Shown here piece after piece: positions 34,438-35,711 of a stretch of 35,711 nt of DNA. The notes under the pieces are model-generated. The model made no database searches and was not told the DNA's origin. It was given only the letters and a program-made list of their open reading frames with translations. The translations under genes and the position numbers were made by a program. The stretch's first letter is position 1; the number at the start of each line of letters is the position of its first letter. Source of the DNA: Catajapyx aquilonaris (Eukaryota); the NCBI GenBank assembly GCA_000934665.2, contig KZ539037.1:1-35711 (forward strand), read 5' to 3'.

Positions 34438-34726
34438 ATAGCTGCGGCACCCGGCGTTGCCCGGGAAGAAATGAATGAAGGGCGAACACCTGCCAGTTGT
34501 AGCCCCGTCAACTGTCCGCCCACCAATGCCATCTGTGGTCCTGCTACTCCACCTTCAACCTCTCCCGCCTGTATAACGGCAACCGTCATTTGCCTGCCAT
34601 CTGTAGTCAACCCCTAACACTTCCATCCTCTCCCGGCCTGGGGGTGGAGCACAGATGGCAGGCAAATGACAGTTGGCAGGCGGACAGACAGACAGACAGA
34701 CTCACAAACGGCTTTATTTATATAGA
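34438..34726 (-). mobile_element. 289-bp non-autonomous Helitron
   Basis: The minus strand starts TCTATATA, carries a (CTGT)n microsatellite, and ends with the GC hairpin CCCGGGCAACGCCGGG, then TGCCGCAG-CTAT (a CTRR variant). It is inserted between A and T with no TSD. Confidence 0.8.
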
Positions 34727-34770
34727 TTAGAGTGGACTTTAAACATGCCTGACTCTATAGGCTCCAATTT

Positions 34771-35592
34771 AAAACAAGACTGGCAAATCACGTAAGCGGG
34801 ATTAGAGTAGCCTTTTTTTATGTTTACTGCTATTGTCGCCAACGTCCGTCACGGTACTGGGACTGAAACTTATTTCCTTTATTTATTTCATACCCCGTGC
34901 TAGAGCCTTTGGCTCCCTTAGGGGGGTGGATTACCACCATTGGATGGGACCAGGGATAGGGAAGGAAGGAAGCGGCTGTGGCCTATTTTTACGGAAACGA
35001 AACGACCCCGGACTTGTCCTGGGGGGACCATGGAAAACCACAGAAAACCACGGTCAGGGTCGCCGGCCCCAGGATTCGAACCTACTGGGACTGAAACTGA
35101 AACCACCCATAACTCATTTTCGGCCAAAAGTGGACTTGCCCTTTTTGCTTTCCCCCCTCCCTCGTCCCACCTCCAGACCGTCCCTTTCCCCTTTAAAAAA
35201 TCTATCCTAGCAAACCCATCTTTTAGACCTTTTTTCATCCATCGAAAAAAGTCGTATATCACGGCTCTATCCGTCCGTCCGTCCGTCTGTGGACAGGTAT
35301 CAGGTATCATGGGGTAGGAGGAGAGAGGGGGAAAGGGCGATCTGGGGGAGGGGGCGGTGGGGGGACTGGGAGGTCAGAGGGAAAGGGGTGGTGGGGGAAA
35401 GGGGCGGTGGTGGGGGGAGGGGGCAGCCAGGGGGAAGGGGCGGATAGAGTGAACCCGGAACCCGGGCCTTCTTTTCGATTTTCGGCCCAAAATCGAAAAA
35501 AGTCTTATAGCACGGCTCTGTCTGATACCTGTCCACAGACAGACAGACAGAGCCGTTATATAAGATTTTTTTCTCTCGAAAAAGTCTAAAAA
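34771..35592 (-). mobile_element. HINE-like element, copy 2 (contains a SINE insertion)
   Basis: Reverse-complement homolog of 22437-22965. On the minus strand the 5' end is TTTTTAGACTTTTTCGA, and the 3' end is AAAAAGGCTA plus the stem-loop AATCCCGCTTACGTGATT and a T-run. Confidence 0.8.
34871..35082 (-). mobile_element. 5'-truncated tRNA-derived SINE (type C)
   Basis: The minus strand begins at the B box GGTTCGAATCC and ends ATGGTGGTAATCCACCCCCCTAAGGGAGCCAAAGGCTCTAGCACGGGGTA plus an AAAT tail. Perfect 16-bp TSD TACTGGGACTGAAACT (34855-34870, 35083-35098). Confidence 0.92.
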
Positions 35593-35711
35593 TTTAATAA
35601 ATTTAAAATTTTGTCCAAATTTTGCCTATGGGCCGAGTGGGTGGGAAAGCGGGGAGATAGGCTGGAGGGACCGACGAGTTTCGGGGAGAGACTATCTAGA
35701 AGCAAATGGGG

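Larger units (their letters stand above)
2746..35711 (+). other. Probable long intron of the NOL4-like gene (>33 kb, continues beyond the window)
   Basis: Begins with GTAAGG. I did not see the expected next NOL4 segment (VAVVEDFFDIIY...HAGQKRTY) downstream. The region is dominated by repeats. Confidence 0.7.

Overview
Eukaryotic (animal, probably arthropod; taxon inferred) genomic DNA, almost all non-coding. The only credible host coding segment is the first conserved coding exon of a NOL4/NOL4L-like gene (+ strand, ~2266/2479-2745), ending at a phase-0 AAG|GTAAGG donor. I found no next exon, so the remaining ~33 kb is probably one long intron. That intron is packed with short non-autonomous mobile elements whose ends can be read directly. 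They include Tc1/mariner MITEs with TA duplications, a decayed internally deleted Tc1/mariner transposase element, a hAT MITE (8-bp TSD), a Harbinger-like MITE and a Helitron. There are also Helentron/HINE-like elements, long fold-back elements, and several tRNA-derived SINE types that share one 3' tail, including SINE-in-SINE and SINE-in-HINE nests with intact TSDs. The highlights are: (1) a candidate recursive splice site (polypyrimidine-CAG|GTAAGA plus a 44-nt cryptic exon and GTAAGT) at 17277, in the sense orientation of the gene; (2) a 267-bp element with AGTAGT termini and a 6-bp TSD that looks like a miniature Polinton/Maverick derivative; (3) a modular SINE system with a shared tail; (4) a ~930-bp fold-back whose core is a HINE-like element. 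Nearly all other ORFs in the track appear spurious. Family assignments come from terminal motifs and recalled consensus sequences, not database searches.
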